A stretch of 64,000 bases of DNA from an uncultured candidatus Brocadiaceae bacterium (GCA_964592385.1 CAZQEQ010000001.1:18236-82235); one strand, 5' to 3'; positions 18,837 through 28,810 are shown, counted from the stretch's first letter. Notes: generated from the letters alone by a model not told the origin. Translations and numbers: made by a program.

Positions 18837-19505
18837 ATGGGTGGCAGAGGACTGCGCCGGGGCGCCCTGGCGAAGGCTGTGCAGGCGAGCGCCGTTCTGG
18901 CTCTGACGCTGCTGCTGTGCTCGGCGGCGTCGGCGGAGGTGTGGTGCGTGGCCGACAAGAACTGGACCGACGCCGGCAAGACGCTGGGCGAGGTCCTGAG
19001 GCCGGCCTACGAGGCCGTGCCCGCCGGGCAGGGCCGCGTCGTGCTGCTCTATGCCGACGGGACGGCAAACGGCACCCATCTCCTCGCCGGCCTCGCCGGG
19101 GTCCTCGGGCAGGACGCCCGCATCGCCGGCGGCACCAACGGCTCCGTGTACTACCAGGGCACGCCTTCGGGCGGCGCCATCGCTCTTCTGCTCTCGGGTG
19201 ACTTCACCTGCGGCCTGGGCCTTGCTGCCGCGAAGACCACTGAGAGCCACAGGGAAGAGCAGGACCCCGAGCGCGTCATCCAGACCGCTACCGAGGCGAC
19301 TGCCGCCGCCAGGCAGTTTCACATCTCGGTCTGCGCCATCAGCTCGCGTTCTGCGGCCGCCAGGGCCCCCATCCCGGTGCGCGAAGCCGCGGTCGTCGTG
19401 GATGAGTCGTCGCCCCGCGGCAAGCTACTGGCCAGCCTCGGCCTGAGCCTGACCAACGTCCCTGACACGCTTCAGGCCATGGCCAACGGCAAGTATGGCC
19501 TGGTT
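18837..19505 (+). CDS. fragment 1 of a disrupted large secreted multidomain protein (signal peptide plus alpha/beta domain)
   Basis: Signal peptide AVLALTLLLCSAASA. The sequence is protein-like up to ...QAMANGKYGLV. Beyond about 19506 this frame becomes Gly/Arg-rich nonsense, while the next frame continues VADAPPATLKALAAAPEKVKAF. Confidence 0.6.
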
Positions 19506-19506
19506 G

Positions 19507-21891
19507 GTGGCCGATGCCCCGCCGGCCACTCTCAAGGCCCTGGCCGCTGCGCCGGAGAAGGTCAAGGCGTTCACGGATCGGGGCGGCTGGCTCGTGCTCT
19601 GGGGGGTCACTCCCGAGGGGCTGGGCGACTTCAATAAGGTCGTGGGCGTCGAGCACCTGCTGCGGCCGCACGTGATGGAGGACGTGCACCTGCCAGCGGT
19701 GGTCGACCCCCTGCTGAAGGGGCTGGACGGCTTCAGCGCGGTCATGTACGGCGCCAAGAAGGGCATGCAGGGCGTTGCTCTGTGCGCCACGGACGTCTGG
19801 AGCTACGTGCTCGACTACGATGACGTTGCGCCGTTCAGCCGGTATCCGTCCAAGGAGTATTGGCGCCCGGGGGACGAGGAAACCATCGTGGGAACCGACC
19901 GGGTGCCGGAGAACCTGCTGAACGGTTTTGACGAGGCGTGGATGCTCGGCTTCACCGTCCCGATGGACAAGCCCGAGTACCTGAAGTGGACCTTCGCGTT
20001 CCCGCGGCCCGAGGAGGTGACCGGTTTCTCGCTCGTGCCGGACAACATCTACCACACCATCACGAAGCTGCGGCTGTCGTTCGAGGGCAGCGACGCCGCG
20101 CCGATGGAAGTGGAGGTGAAGCCGGACCTGTCCCGGCAGGATTTCGTCATCCCCGCCGTCAAGGCCACGGGCCTCATCCTGGAGATTCTGGAGACCACGG
20201 ACCACAAGAATCCGGTCACCGGTATCCGCAACCTCTGGATCCAGGTCAGGCGGTCGGACGCATTCAGGGCGAAGGTGAAGCCGCTTCTCAACCTCGGGGT
20301 GCTCGTGAAGTATCCGGTGGGCGCGGGTGGCATCGTGGTGAACGAAATGCAGATCCTGGACAACGAGATCACCGCCGATAATCGGTCTAAGCAGCGGGCG
20401 ATCCTGGCCGTGCTGATGCGCAACCTGGGCGCCAGGCGGCTGCCACCGCCCAAGGTCGCGCTCGGCAACCCCTCGGACTGGCCGCAGTGGCGAGGCCCGA
20501 ACCGCAACAATACCTCCCCGGAGACGGGCCTCGCCCTGGACTGGACCGAGACGCCGCCCACGGAGCTGTGGCGCACGAACGTGGGGCCGTCCCTGGCCTC
20601 GCTCGTCGTAGCCGGCGACAGAGTCTACGCAACGGGCTGCGACCTGAAACGGGGCGAGGATGCCGTCTGGTGCCTGGATGCCGCAACCGGGTCGGTCCTC
20701 TGGCGGTACGCGGTCCCCGGCGACCTGAGCGACGAGTACGGCAAGGGCCACCAGCACTGGTATCCTGAGTGGGCGGGCACGCACGCCACGCCGGCGGTCG
20801 ACGACGGGCGCATCTACTCCCTGTCCGTGGACGGCAGGATCCTCTGCCTGGACGCCGCGACCGGCAAGCTCCTCTGGCAGCGTGACCTGGAGCGCGAACT
20901 CAGGGTAGGACGGCCCGGCTGGGGCCACGGCTGCTCGCCGCTGGTGGTCGGGACGCAACTCATCCTTGGCGGCGGCCTGACGCTGGACAAGGCCACCGGC
21001 GAACTGATCCGCAAAGGGATGGGCATGAACGCCTGGAGTTCCCCGGTTCGCTTCTCGCACGAAGGACGCGACTGCCTGCTGTTTGAGACGGGGGGAAGGA
21101 CGTTCGCCGCCGTCACGCTGCCGGACTTCGAGCCGTTCTGGAAGATCAAGCCGGACATGCACGGTGAGGACGCAATAGACCCCATCGTGATGGGCGAGCA
21201 GGTCCTTTTCTCCCGCCAGGGCAAGTCGGCGCAGCTCGCCACCGTCGGCGCGGAGAAGCCCGACGGGGAGTGGAGCGCCATCAAGAACGGGTACGACACC
21301 CCGATCCTGTACCAGGGCTACTTCCACAGCACGGGCGGGTATCTCGGGCGCTGGTACCAGTGCTACGATGCCGAGGACGGCTCCCTCAAATGGAAGACGG
21401 AGTACAAGAACCGCGACTACAACCCCACGTTCTCGATCCTCGCCGAGGGCAAGCTGATCGTCCAGCACAACAGCGGCCTCGTTGAAGTGATCAAGGCCAC
21501 GCCGGAGTCCTACCAGCCGCTGGGCACCTACGACCTCCGGTCGAAGGATCCCCAATGCTTCAGCGATTGGTCCTGGCATACGCCGGCGCTCTCCCGCGGC
21601 CGCCTGTTCTGCCGCATGGACCTGGGCGAAGTGGTCGCCCTGGACGTCCAGGCCGACCGGCCCGCGGCCGCCGTCGCTTCGCCTCCCTCCGGCGGGTGCG
21701 TGCCGCAATGGGTCCGCGCGGACCAGAACATGGCCGGTCCGGTGACGGCCGAGGAATGGCAGGGAGAGGGCTGGAACCGGGGGAAGCTGGTGCGGGCGGA
21801 TCAGGGCGCGGCGGACTGGCGCCAATGGCGCGGCCCGTCCCGAAACGGCGCCGCCATAGGTCGCATCCGCGTACCAGCCCACGGCGTAGAG
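19507..21891 (+). CDS. fragment 2: galactose-binding-like domain plus first PQQ-like beta-propeller
   Basis: WPQWRGPNRNNTSPETGL, repeated LDAATGxxLW blade motifs, and a second WRQWRGPSRNG at about 21820. The frame turns into Arg/Gly/Ala-rich text after about 21890, although the ORF stays open to 22731. Confidence 0.7.
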
Positions 21892-22831
21892 CCGGTCGCC
21901 GGCCGCGACGGGCGAGGCGCTCTGGCAGTCCCCGTGGTCGGACGGAAGGGGCGAGAACCGCTGCGACCCGATCCCGCTCGGCGGCGACAGGGTCGTGGTC
22001 TGCGGCGGGTACGGAAAGGGCGCGGCGCTCCTCGCCCTGGATTCGGTCGAACCGTTGTGGGAGCAAGAGGCGCTGGACCCGCGCATGGGCACGCCGGTTC
22101 TGCACGAGGGGTTTCTCTATGGCCCGAGCCAGAGCCTGGGCTTCGTCTGCGTGGATGCCGGAGACGGTACGCTCAAATGGCACGAGCAGATGGACGCGAC
22201 CCAGGTGACGCTGGTCGGCGGGACGCTTGTCATCCAATGCCGCAGCGGCGAAGCACGCCTTGCCCAGGCCTCGGCCGACGGCTGCAAGTCGCTGGGCACG
22301 TGCCGCGCCCTATCCGGCACGGAATGCTGGACTCCGGCGGTCGTGAACGGCGGCCGCCTCTTCTGCCGCAGCTGGGACGGCGAGTTGGCCGCGTTCGACC
22401 TGACGACGCTGGTGCCGCCGGTGGTGGAGCCGCCGGTGGTGGTGACCGAAGCGCTCCTCGCCCGGCTCCAGGCCGCGCCGCTGGCGGAACGGGAGGCGGC
22501 GATCTCCCGGCTGGCGCGGGTGGCGGATGCCGATCTGCCGGCGCTGCTGGCCGCGCTGACGGAGCGGCTGCGCGACACCTGGACGGCGCAGGCAAGCGCA
22601 GGCGAGGTCCTGCGGCGGCTGGGCACGCGTGCGCGCGCCGCCGCACCGGCGCTGGTGGCCCGACTGCCCCGGAGAGGCGAATGGCCCCTCTTGTTCCAGG
22701 GCCTCGGGGGTCTCGGCCCGGCGGCCCGTGAGGCCATTCCCGAGCTGGAGAAGCTGCAGGCCGGCACCGACGCAAGGACGGCAAAGACCATCGCAGATGT
22801 CATCGAACGCATTCGGACGGGCGCGCCCTGA
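21890..22831 (+). CDS. fragment 3: second PQQ-like propeller blades plus HEAT-like C-terminal repeats
   Basis: This frame opens after the TAG at 21887-21889. It reads ...ALWQSPWSDGRGENRCDPIPLGGDRVVVCGGYGKG...VDAGDGTLKW...GGRLFCRSWDGELAAFDL, then LPALLAALTERLRD...AIPELEKL. Confidence 0.7.
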   Translation, partial: SRSPAATGEALWQSPWSDGRGENRCDPIPLGGDRVVVCGGYGKGAALLALDSVEPLWEQEALDPRMGTPVLHEGFLYGPSQSLGFVCVDAGDGTLKWHEQMDATQVTLVGGTLVIQCRSGEARLAQASADGCKSLGTCRALSGTECWTPAVVNGGRLFCRSWDGELAAFDLTTLVPPVVEPPVVVTEALLARLQAAPLAEREAAISRLARVADADLPALLAALTERLRDTWTAQASAGEVLRRLGTRARAAAPALVARLPRRGEWPLLFQGLGGLGPAAREAIPELEKLQAGTDARTAKTIADVIERIRTGAP

Positions 22832-22937
22832 ACCAGGCCCCCGTCCCCTGCTTCAATCACTTTGGGAGGATCCGGTGATCGCCACCCCGCGACCGTCTGC
22901 ATGCGGCCGCCCAATCGGCAGATGCCAACCCGACTCC

Positions 22938-23522
22938 ATGATCGGCGGCATGAACCATCCTCCCCATCTCAAGGCCATGACCATCGTCACCATCGCTGCC
23001 GCTGTCCTCGCCTGCGGCCTCTCCGCCGGGGAGTCTCCCTCCCCATTCCCGGAGGGGTGGCAGCAGCAATGGCCTGCCTTCCGCGGCCCGAACGGCGACG
23101 GCGTTTGCGCCTTCGCTGACATTCCGCGAGCCTGGGATGAGAAGGCGAGAACCGGCATCCTGTGGAAGGTGGCGGTTCCGCTCCCGGGCCTGAGCAGCCC
23201 CGTGGTCTGGGACGGGCGCATCTACCTCAGCGGGGCCACCCAGGAACGACGCGCCCTGTTCTGCTACAACGCCGAGGACGAAAAGCTGGTGTGGGAGCGC
23301 GAATGCCCCACCGCCGCCAGCAGCGATTACGAGGTCTATGAACTGGCCGGGATGCACGCGGCGCCGTCTCCGGTGGTCGACGGCCAGGCGGTGACGGCCC
23401 TTTTCACCAATGGGCAGGTGCTGAGCTGCGATGCCGCGACCGGGGATGTACGATGGACTCAGTTCCTGGGCGTCCCCGAGAACGGCTACGGCATTGCCAA
23501 TTCCCTCTTGCGCTGGCGCTGA
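22938..23522 (+). CDS. PQQ-like beta-propeller lipoprotein, N-terminal part ending at an in-frame TGA
   Basis: MIGGMNHPPHLKAMTIVTIAAAVLACG is a lipobox-like signal. WPAFRGPNGDG, SSPVVWDGRIYL and CDAATGDVRW follow. TGA at 23520-23522. Alternative starts are GTG at 22875 or ATG at 22950. Confidence 0.7.
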   Translation: MIGGMNHPPHLKAMTIVTIAAAVLACGLSAGESPSPFPEGWQQQWPAFRGPNGDGVCAFADIPRAWDEKARTGILWKVAVPLPGLSSPVVWDGRIYLSGATQERRALFCYNAEDEKLVWERECPTAASSDYEVYELAGMHAAPSPVVDGQAVTALFTNGQVLSCDAATGDVRWTQFLGVPENGYGIANSLLRWR

Positions 23523-23525
23523 AAC

Positions 23526-24236
23526 GTGCTGATCCGCTTCGACAGCGATCCCGCTCGCCTGCTGGCGCTGGACGCCGCCACCGGCGCCGAGCAGTGGAAC
23601 CGTCGCATCGACGAACGCGGTTGGTGCTCGCCCATCCTGGCCCGGACCGCACCCGGGGCCTGGCAGATGATCATTCAGGGATCGCCTTACCTGGCCGCCT
23701 ACGACCCCGACGATGGCAAGTCCCTGTGGTACGCCGAGCTCTTCTGGGGCGACGTCGCACCGACGCCCATCTTCGCCAAAGGGCTGGCCCTGGCCGTCTT
23801 CCAGGGCAACGGCCTTTTTGCCGTGCAACCGGATGGGAAAGGCGACGTAAGCACCAGCAAGGTCGCCTGGCAGATCTCCGAGCTCCAGTCGGGCACGTTC
23901 CCCGACACCGTCGGCCCGGTCAGCGATGGCGAGCGCGTCTACTTCTTCTCCAACGTGCTGGTGTGCACCGACCTCGCCTCCGGCAAGGTGCTCTACCAGG
24001 AGATGCTCAAGGATGCCTCGGGGAACGAGGACGAGACCGCCTACGCCTCGCCCTGTTTCGCCGGCGGGAACCTGATGTTCTTCGGCAAGCGGGCAACCTA
24101 TCTGGTCCAGCCCGGGCCCACCTGCCAGGTCGTCGGACGCTGCCACGTGACCGAGGACCTGAACGCATCGGCCGCCTTTGCTCCCGGCCGCATCTTCCTG
24201 CGCGGCCCTCAGCACCTCTACGCCATCGGCCATTGA
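23526..24236 (+). CDS. PQQ-like beta-propeller, C-terminal part (same frame as 22938-23522)
   Basis: It continues in phase after the TGA: NVLIRFDSDPARLLALDAATGAEQW..., then CSPIL, DDGKSLW and a final blade GRIFLRGPQHLYAIG. Confidence 0.7.
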   Translation: MLIRFDSDPARLLALDAATGAEQWNRRIDERGWCSPILARTAPGAWQMIIQGSPYLAAYDPDDGKSLWYAELFWGDVAPTPIFAKGLALAVFQGNGLFAVQPDGKGDVSTSKVAWQISELQSGTFPDTVGPVSDGERVYFFSNVLVCTDLASGKVLYQEMLKDASGNEDETAYASPCFAGGNLMFFGKRATYLVQPGPTCQVVGRCHVTEDLNASAAFAPGRIFLRGPQHLYAIGH

Positions 24237-24249
24237 AAGGGACCCGCAT

Positions 24250-25506
24250 ATGCCAGGCGCCTTTCACTTCGAGAAGCTCACCCGCTACCGGGACCGGGCC
24301 ATGACCAGCTTCATCGTGGATGACATCTGCGTCACCGCCGCCGAGCAGGCCGAAGCCTACCGGCGCTTCAGCTCCTGGGTCGAGGAGGCCGGACTGAAGG
24401 GCGAGACCAGCGCCATCCTCGGGATGCAGCGCGACGCCGACGGCAGGGCCCTGCCGCCGCATCCCGCCTGGATCGCCGAGATGGCCCGGGCGCAGGGCAG
24501 GCACTTGGAGTTCTTCATGGAGCTGATGACTCACTGGACGGTCTACGATTTCGCCAGGGATCGATTGATGGACGGCGCCCCCCACGAGTGCGTGTGGCTC
24601 AACGACCGCAACCGTGGCCTGGAGGAGTGCATGGGCTATCTGGGCAGCATCGTCCGCCGTGGCGCCGATCTGGGGATCCGGTTCTCCGGCCTCACTCAGC
24701 CCGGCTGCGGCTGCCCGGCGTGCCTGGATTTTTTCACCCGCAACCAGCTGCACTGGGATGGCAAGGAGCTGAATCCCCGCGTGCACGAGGCGCTTCTGCT
24801 GCTCGCCCGCGAGGGGCGTCTGGCCGGCCCGATCGCAGGCGAATTCATCGGCTGGGTACCGCGCGGGCCGACCGATCTGCAACTGCTCGCGGAATCCGGG
24901 GCCCAGGCCGTCTACGATCTCACGCCGGGATTCCCCGAGGACAGGTTCGGAAGCTGGGACAATAACCCCGACTTCGTCCGCATCGACGAGTACATCAGCG
25001 CCGATGGTCAGGGCGGACGGATGGCCGAGCTCCTGGCTTTGGGCACCCGCACGCTCATCTACTACACGCATTGGGGTTGTGTGCGCCCCGACACCGGACG
25101 TGGCTTCGCACCTTTCCAGGAGGTCGCGGCACGGCTGCAACGCCACCATGGTGAGCGCATCGTGTGGATGCGCCCCACCGAGATCGCGGCCTATCGTCAT
25201 ACCGAACGCCACACGCAGCTGCTGCCGGCGCGGGATGGTCGCAGCTTCCGCCTGAGCATCCCCTTCCCCCCCCTCCATGCGCTGAGCCTGCGCGTGCTCG
25301 GCGGGTCGGGACTGCGCCTGCGCGCTCCAAGCGGCAGCATCCTGGAGCCCAGCCGCCAACTCCCCGGCGCGTCCGGATCGGACTTCGATCTGCTGCCCGA
25401 GAACGGCACCTACACGGTGCAGACCGCCGCCGGCCTCCAGAGCGCTGCGACCCATCCGATCCCTCCTCAAGACACCCCCCACCGGCCCGAAACTGGAGAG
25501 TCATGA
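24250..25506 (+). CDS. hypothetical protein
   Basis: The ATG at 24250 follows AAAGGGA. The 418-aa sequence has non-repetitive, protein-like composition. I recognise no family. Confidence 0.55.
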   Translation: MPGAFHFEKLTRYRDRAMTSFIVDDICVTAAEQAEAYRRFSSWVEEAGLKGETSAILGMQRDADGRALPPHPAWIAEMARAQGRHLEFFMELMTHWTVYDFARDRLMDGAPHECVWLNDRNRGLEECMGYLGSIVRRGADLGIRFSGLTQPGCGCPACLDFFTRNQLHWDGKELNPRVHEALLLLAREGRLAGPIAGEFIGWVPRGPTDLQLLAESGAQAVYDLTPGFPEDRFGSWDNNPDFVRIDEYISADGQGGRMAELLALGTRTLIYYTHWGCVRPDTGRGFAPFQEVAARLQRHHGERIVWMRPTEIAAYRHTERHTQLLPARDGRSFRLSIPFPPLHALSLRVLGGSGLRLRAPSGSILEPSRQLPGASGSDFDLLPENGTYTVQTAAGLQSAATHPIPPQDTPHRPETGES

Positions 25507-25525
25507 GATATCCGGGATAGTGCGC

Positions 25526-25559
25526 AGGCCCTGGGTTCGATCCCCGGCGCCCTCACCAC
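25526..25559 (+). repeat. direct repeat of the tRNA-Lys 3' end (att-like island boundary)
   Basis: AGGCCCTGGGTTCGATCCCCGGCGCCCTCACCAC compared with 16860-16893 AGGTCCTGGGTTCGATCCCCAGCGCCCTCACCAC gives 32 of 34 identical. No 5' half of a tRNA precedes it. Confidence 0.75.
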
Positions 25560-25659
25560 TCTCGTTGTCCCGTCAAGAGTCCGCCCGTTACAGTTGACTC
25601 CGCCGGCGCGGCACGGCAGAATCCTGGACACCGGACGCAACCACTGCCAGGAGGAAGAG

Positions 25660-26526
25660 ATGGATAATCACGTCGTCGCAGTCGGCACGGCCCTGGTCGT
25701 CCTCATACTCTGTTCGTGTTCGCAGGCGCCCGAGCGCCTGTCGCCGGCCGCCGGCCGTGCAGCGCTGGCCCCAGCGCCCGACGCCCAGGAAGCCGGCAGG
25801 GCGCTGGCCAACGGCGATGCGCTGTACTTCGTCGGCAACAGCTACATGGGGAACCGGTCCGGCGTCTACGCTTACCTGCGGAAGGCGGCAAGCGTGGCGG
25901 ACCCGCCCATGACCATCCGCACGAAGGCGAGCATCTTCTGGGGCAAGGGACTTCAGGCCATGAACACGCCGGAGGTCAGGGACGCCATAGAGTCCGGGAA
26001 GTGCGGGCGCGTCGTCATCACGAGCGGCGACCTGGCCACGATGAAGGAGTTCGACTCTCTCATACGGGAGAACGGCCTGCAGACGGTAGTCTTCATGACC
26101 TGGGCCGGCCGGCATCCCGGCCATCAGGCCACGCCGGAAGAGTACCGGGAGGCGACGGCCCGATCGGTCGAGACGATGCGCCAGATGGAGGCAGAGACGG
26201 GCGCCGTCGTGGTCCCGATTGCGGTGGTCTATTACGATCTGACCGTCCGTCCTGCGCGGGAGGGTTTGCGGGAGGACTACCTGTGGGACCCCGCGAACAT
26301 CCACCAGAACGAACTGGGCATCGTGGTCAATAGCTGGGTCCTCTACTCCGTGCTGGCGGGGAAATCGCCCGTGGGCCTGGACTACGACCTGCCGCCGCAC
26401 GTGGTGGGCACAAAGCTCGTCAACAATCCCGACATCGTCTTTGACGAGGCCCTGCGACGGGAACTGCAGGAGCGCGTGTGGAAGATCGTGCAGCAGTGGC
26501 AGGCCGGCGAAACCGAGTTCGATTGA
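25660..26526 (+). CDS. lipoprotein, SGNH/GDSL-hydrolase-like
   Basis: MDNHVVAVGTALVVLILCSCS contains a lipobox. LYFVGNSY is block-I-like. The ATG at 25660 follows GAGGAAGAG. Confidence 0.65.
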   Translation: MDNHVVAVGTALVVLILCSCSQAPERLSPAAGRAALAPAPDAQEAGRALANGDALYFVGNSYMGNRSGVYAYLRKAASVADPPMTIRTKASIFWGKGLQAMNTPEVRDAIESGKCGRVVITSGDLATMKEFDSLIRENGLQTVVFMTWAGRHPGHQATPEEYREATARSVETMRQMEAETGAVVVPIAVVYYDLTVRPAREGLREDYLWDPANIHQNELGIVVNSWVLYSVLAGKSPVGLDYDLPPHVVGTKLVNNPDIVFDEALRRELQERVWKIVQQWQAGETEFD

Positions 26527-26561
26527 GTGCCGCGCGCGGCCCAGGGGCGGCGTGAAGCCGC

Positions 26562-26589
26562 TTGACAGCCGTCTGACCTTTGCTACTAT
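26562..26589 (+). promoter_or_regulatory. putative sigma-70 promoter (TTGACA-N16-TACTAT)
   Basis: TTGACA at 26562-26567 and TACTAT at 26584-26589, about 35 nt upstream of the small ORF at 26623. Confidence 0.4.
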
Positions 26590-26622
26590 ACACGCTATCG
26601 TAAGAGCCGGGGGACAGGAGGC

Positions 26623-26817
26623 ATGGGCAAGGCGGGGGCAGCGAAGCGTGCGGAGACGGAGTTCTGGATCGAGTGTCCGCTCTGCGCGGGGGCAGGCAAG
26701 GTGAGGATACCGGCCAACAGCAAGGAAGAAGCGCGGGCCCTGCTGGAGCGGGTCGCTTCCCACTTGCCCATGGAGCAGATCCCGGACGGGCCCGCCGCGC
26801 CCACCGAGGACGAATAG
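26623..26817 (+). CDS. small hypothetical protein with one CxxCxGxG (DnaJ-type zinc-knuckle-like) motif
   Basis: 64 aa containing ECPLCAGAGKV. It has its own near-consensus promoter and a purine-rich GGGGGACAGGAGG just before the ATG, although the spacing is very short. Confidence 0.5.
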   Translation: MGKAGAAKRAETEFWIECPLCAGAGKVRIPANSKEEARALLERVASHLPMEQIPDGPAAPTEDE

Positions 26818-26879
26818 GGCCGCCGCCGCGAGGGGACAGCAGTTCCCCCGCCCACCCATCGGCGCCGTGCAGCGCGAAG

Positions 26880-27806
26880 CTACTCTTCGAACAGCCAAGT
26901 CGTAAGGTAGCGCTCGCCAGTGTCTGGAAGCACGACGACGATCATCTTGCCCGCGTTCTCCTCGCGCCCGGCGACCTGGAGGGCCGCCCAGGCGGCGGCA
27001 CCGGAGGATATCCCTGACAGGATGCCTTCCTCCCTGGCCAGACGGCGGGCGGTTTCCCCGGCGTCCGCGTCGCGCACGGGGATCACCTCGTCGAGCAGGT
27101 CGGCCCGCAGCACGTCCGGGACGAATCCCGCCCCGATGCCCTGAATCCCGTGTGCGCCCGCCTGGCCGCCGGACAGAACGGGGGATCCCGCCGGCTCCAC
27201 GGCAACGATTCTAACCTCCGGCTTGTGCCGGCGCAGTGCCTCGGCCGCGCCGGTAATCGTGCCGCCCGTGCCGACCCCGGCCACAAAGACGTCCACCGCG
27301 CCGTCCGTGTCGCGCCATATCTCTTCGCCGGTGGTCCTGCGGTGTATCTCCGGATTCGCGGGGTTACTGATCTGCCGGGGCACGAACGAGTTCGGCGTTG
27401 CCGCAGCCAGCTCATCCGCCCGCTCGACCGCACCCGGCATCCCCCGGTCCCCAGGCGTCAGGACCAGCTCCGCCCCGAGCGCGCGCAACAGGTGCCGGCG
27501 TTCCGCGCTCATAGTCTCGGGCATGGCAAGAATCAGCCTGTATCCCCGCACGGCGCAGACGAAGGCCAGCCCGATGCCGGTGTTGCCGCTGGTCGCCTCG
27601 ATGATCGTGGCACCTTCGTCGACCAGCCCCTCGCGCTCCGCCGCGTCTATCATGCTGACGCCGATCCGGTCCTTGATGCTGGACAGCGGATTGAACGATT
27701 CGAGCTTGGCCACGACCTGCGCCGCCAGCCCTGGCCCGAGTCGGTTCAGGCGGACCAGCGGAGTATTGCCGACCGTCTGCGTGATGTCGTCATAGATGCG
27801 AGTCAT
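26880..27806 (-). CDS. cysK: cysteine synthase A (O-acetylserine sulfhydrylase)
   Basis: [26 protein letters not shown] lysine motif [11 protein letters not shown], and [13 protein letters not shown] at 27806. Confidence 0.93.
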   Translation of the reverse strand: MTRIYDDITQTVGNTPLVRLNRLGPGLAAQVVAKLESFNPLSSIKDRIGVSMIDAAEREGLVDEGATIIEATSGNTGIGLAFVCAVRGYRLILAMPETMSAERRHLLRALGAELVLTPGDRGMPGAVERADELAAATPNSFVPRQISNPANPEIHRRTTGEEIWRDTDGAVDVFVAGVGTGGTITGAAEALRRHKPEVRIVAVEPAGSPVLSGGQAGAHGIQGIGAGFVPDVLRADLLDEVIPVRDADAGETARRLAREEGILSGISSGAAAWAALQVAGREENAGKMIVVVLPDTGERYLTTWLFEE

Positions 27807-27860
27807 CGCCGTGTCCCCTGCTGCCGGCGGAGAGGGATCAGCCTGAACGCCGTCCGGCAC

Positions 27861-28703
27861 TCAGTCCCGGCGCTCATCCGTCGCGCCGCTGCGCTCGTGC
27901 CGGTTCAGGTACGCATCGGCCAGCCCGGCCATGATCTCCAGGAGGACCAGCCGGGACTCGGTGAGGAAGTCCTGATAGTCGTCGGACGGTTCGGCCCCAC
28001 TGGCGAAATCCGAGAACACGCGCAGATGGAGGCGGACCACGTCGCTCGACCTTGCCCCAGCGGCGGCAAGGCACTCGGTGATATCCTGCAGGAGCTTTGT
28101 CCGACCAGCGGCCCGGATCGGATCGGCGGCATCCGCGTAGCTGAGCACGAGGCCGCGGTACGGCTCCGTCAACTCCTGAAGCGCCTGGTCGTCGAGCGCG
28201 CGTGCGGCCGTCTTGCCCTGCCGCATGGCAACGTAGCGCCGGTAATCGCGCGAGCCCTGACGCCGGGCCCAGTCCCGCCGCTCCCATTCCAGCGTCTCTT
28301 CGAGCCTGGCCTCCAGACGCTGCCTCTCGACGGCATAGCGGATGCAGCGAGCCAGCGAACTGCTGGTGTCCTGCCCCTTGACCAGGTAGTCCTCCGCGCC
28401 GCACTGCAGTGCCTCGATGGCACGCAGCTTGTCATCCAGGCCCGTCAGGACCACAATCGGCAAGTCGGGCGCTTCGGTGCGCACGACACCCAGCGTGGCC
28501 AGCCCCCGCATGTCCGGCAGCGAAAGGTCGAGCAGGATCACGTCGAGCTCATGGGCCCTCAACAACTCCACCCCTTCCGAGAGGCGCTCGGCGAGTTCCA
28601 GTTCGAAGTGCGTGCCCTCCGCCTCGTCCAACATCTCGCGCACGAGGAGCGCATCATCGGGATCGTCTTCGATCAAGAGCACCCTGACCAGGCCCTCTCT
28701 CAT
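27861..28703 (-). CDS. response regulator: receiver domain plus RsbU_N-like helical domain, no enzymatic output
   Basis: Canonical REC (VLLIEDDPDD, ILLDLSLPD, VVLTG, DYLVKG). The C-terminal part YRGLVLSYAD...SSDVVRLHLRVFSDF...SRLVLLEIMAGLADAYL resembles the N-terminal 4-helix domain of RsbU. Confidence 0.75.
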   Translation of the reverse strand: MREGLVRVLLIEDDPDDALLVREMLDEAEGTHFELELAERLSEGVELLRAHELDVILLDLSLPDMRGLATLGVVRTEAPDLPIVVLTGLDDKLRAIEALQCGAEDYLVKGQDTSSSLARCIRYAVERQRLEARLEETLEWERRDWARRQGSRDYRRYVAMRQGKTAARALDDQALQELTEPYRGLVLSYADAADPIRAAGRTKLLQDITECLAAAGARSSDVVRLHLRVFSDFASGAEPSDDYQDFLTESRLVLLEIMAGLADAYLNRHERSGATDERRD

Positions 28704-28810
28704 CTACGCGCCCCCGTCCTTCGTCATGTTCCGCTGAGGCCCACAAGCATCGTAGGCGTGCGTGTCACCCCGTTCAACTGAGCGCCCCGGCCGCTCGCAT
28801 CGCCGGCACG

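Larger units (their letters stand above)
16893..25559. mobile_element. degenerate tRNA-Lys-associated integrative island (about 8.7 kb)
   Basis: Bounded by the tRNA-Lys 3' end and a 34-nt direct repeat of it at 25526-25559. An integrase C-terminal remnant abuts the tRNA. Several internal genes are disrupted. Confidence 0.5.

Noticed and set aside
21850-21935. Possible small inversion inside the propeller gene. The minus strand here reads SPVAAGDRLYAVGW, which looks like a PQQ blade motif.
   Set aside because: The plus strand in a third frame gives a longer and better continuation (ALWQSPWSDGRGENRCDPIPLGGDRVVVCGGYGKG...) at the expected distance from WRQWRGPSRNG. A simple frameshift explains the data, so the antisense match is probably coincidental.
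22629-22937. N-terminal extension of the propeller lipoprotein ORF back to 22629.
   Set aside because: It overlaps the HEAT-repeat end of the previous gene and translates to Pro/Arg-rich text. The signal peptide and lipobox begin only after the ATG at 22938.
23520-23522. In-frame TGA as selenocysteine or a reassigned sense codon.
   Set aside because: TGA terminates mutS, lpxK and many other genes here. The position aligns with a structural Gly/loop residue rather than a catalytic Cys, and I saw no obvious SECIS-like hairpin immediately downstream. It is kept as a finding only as a nonsense mutation or possible read-through.
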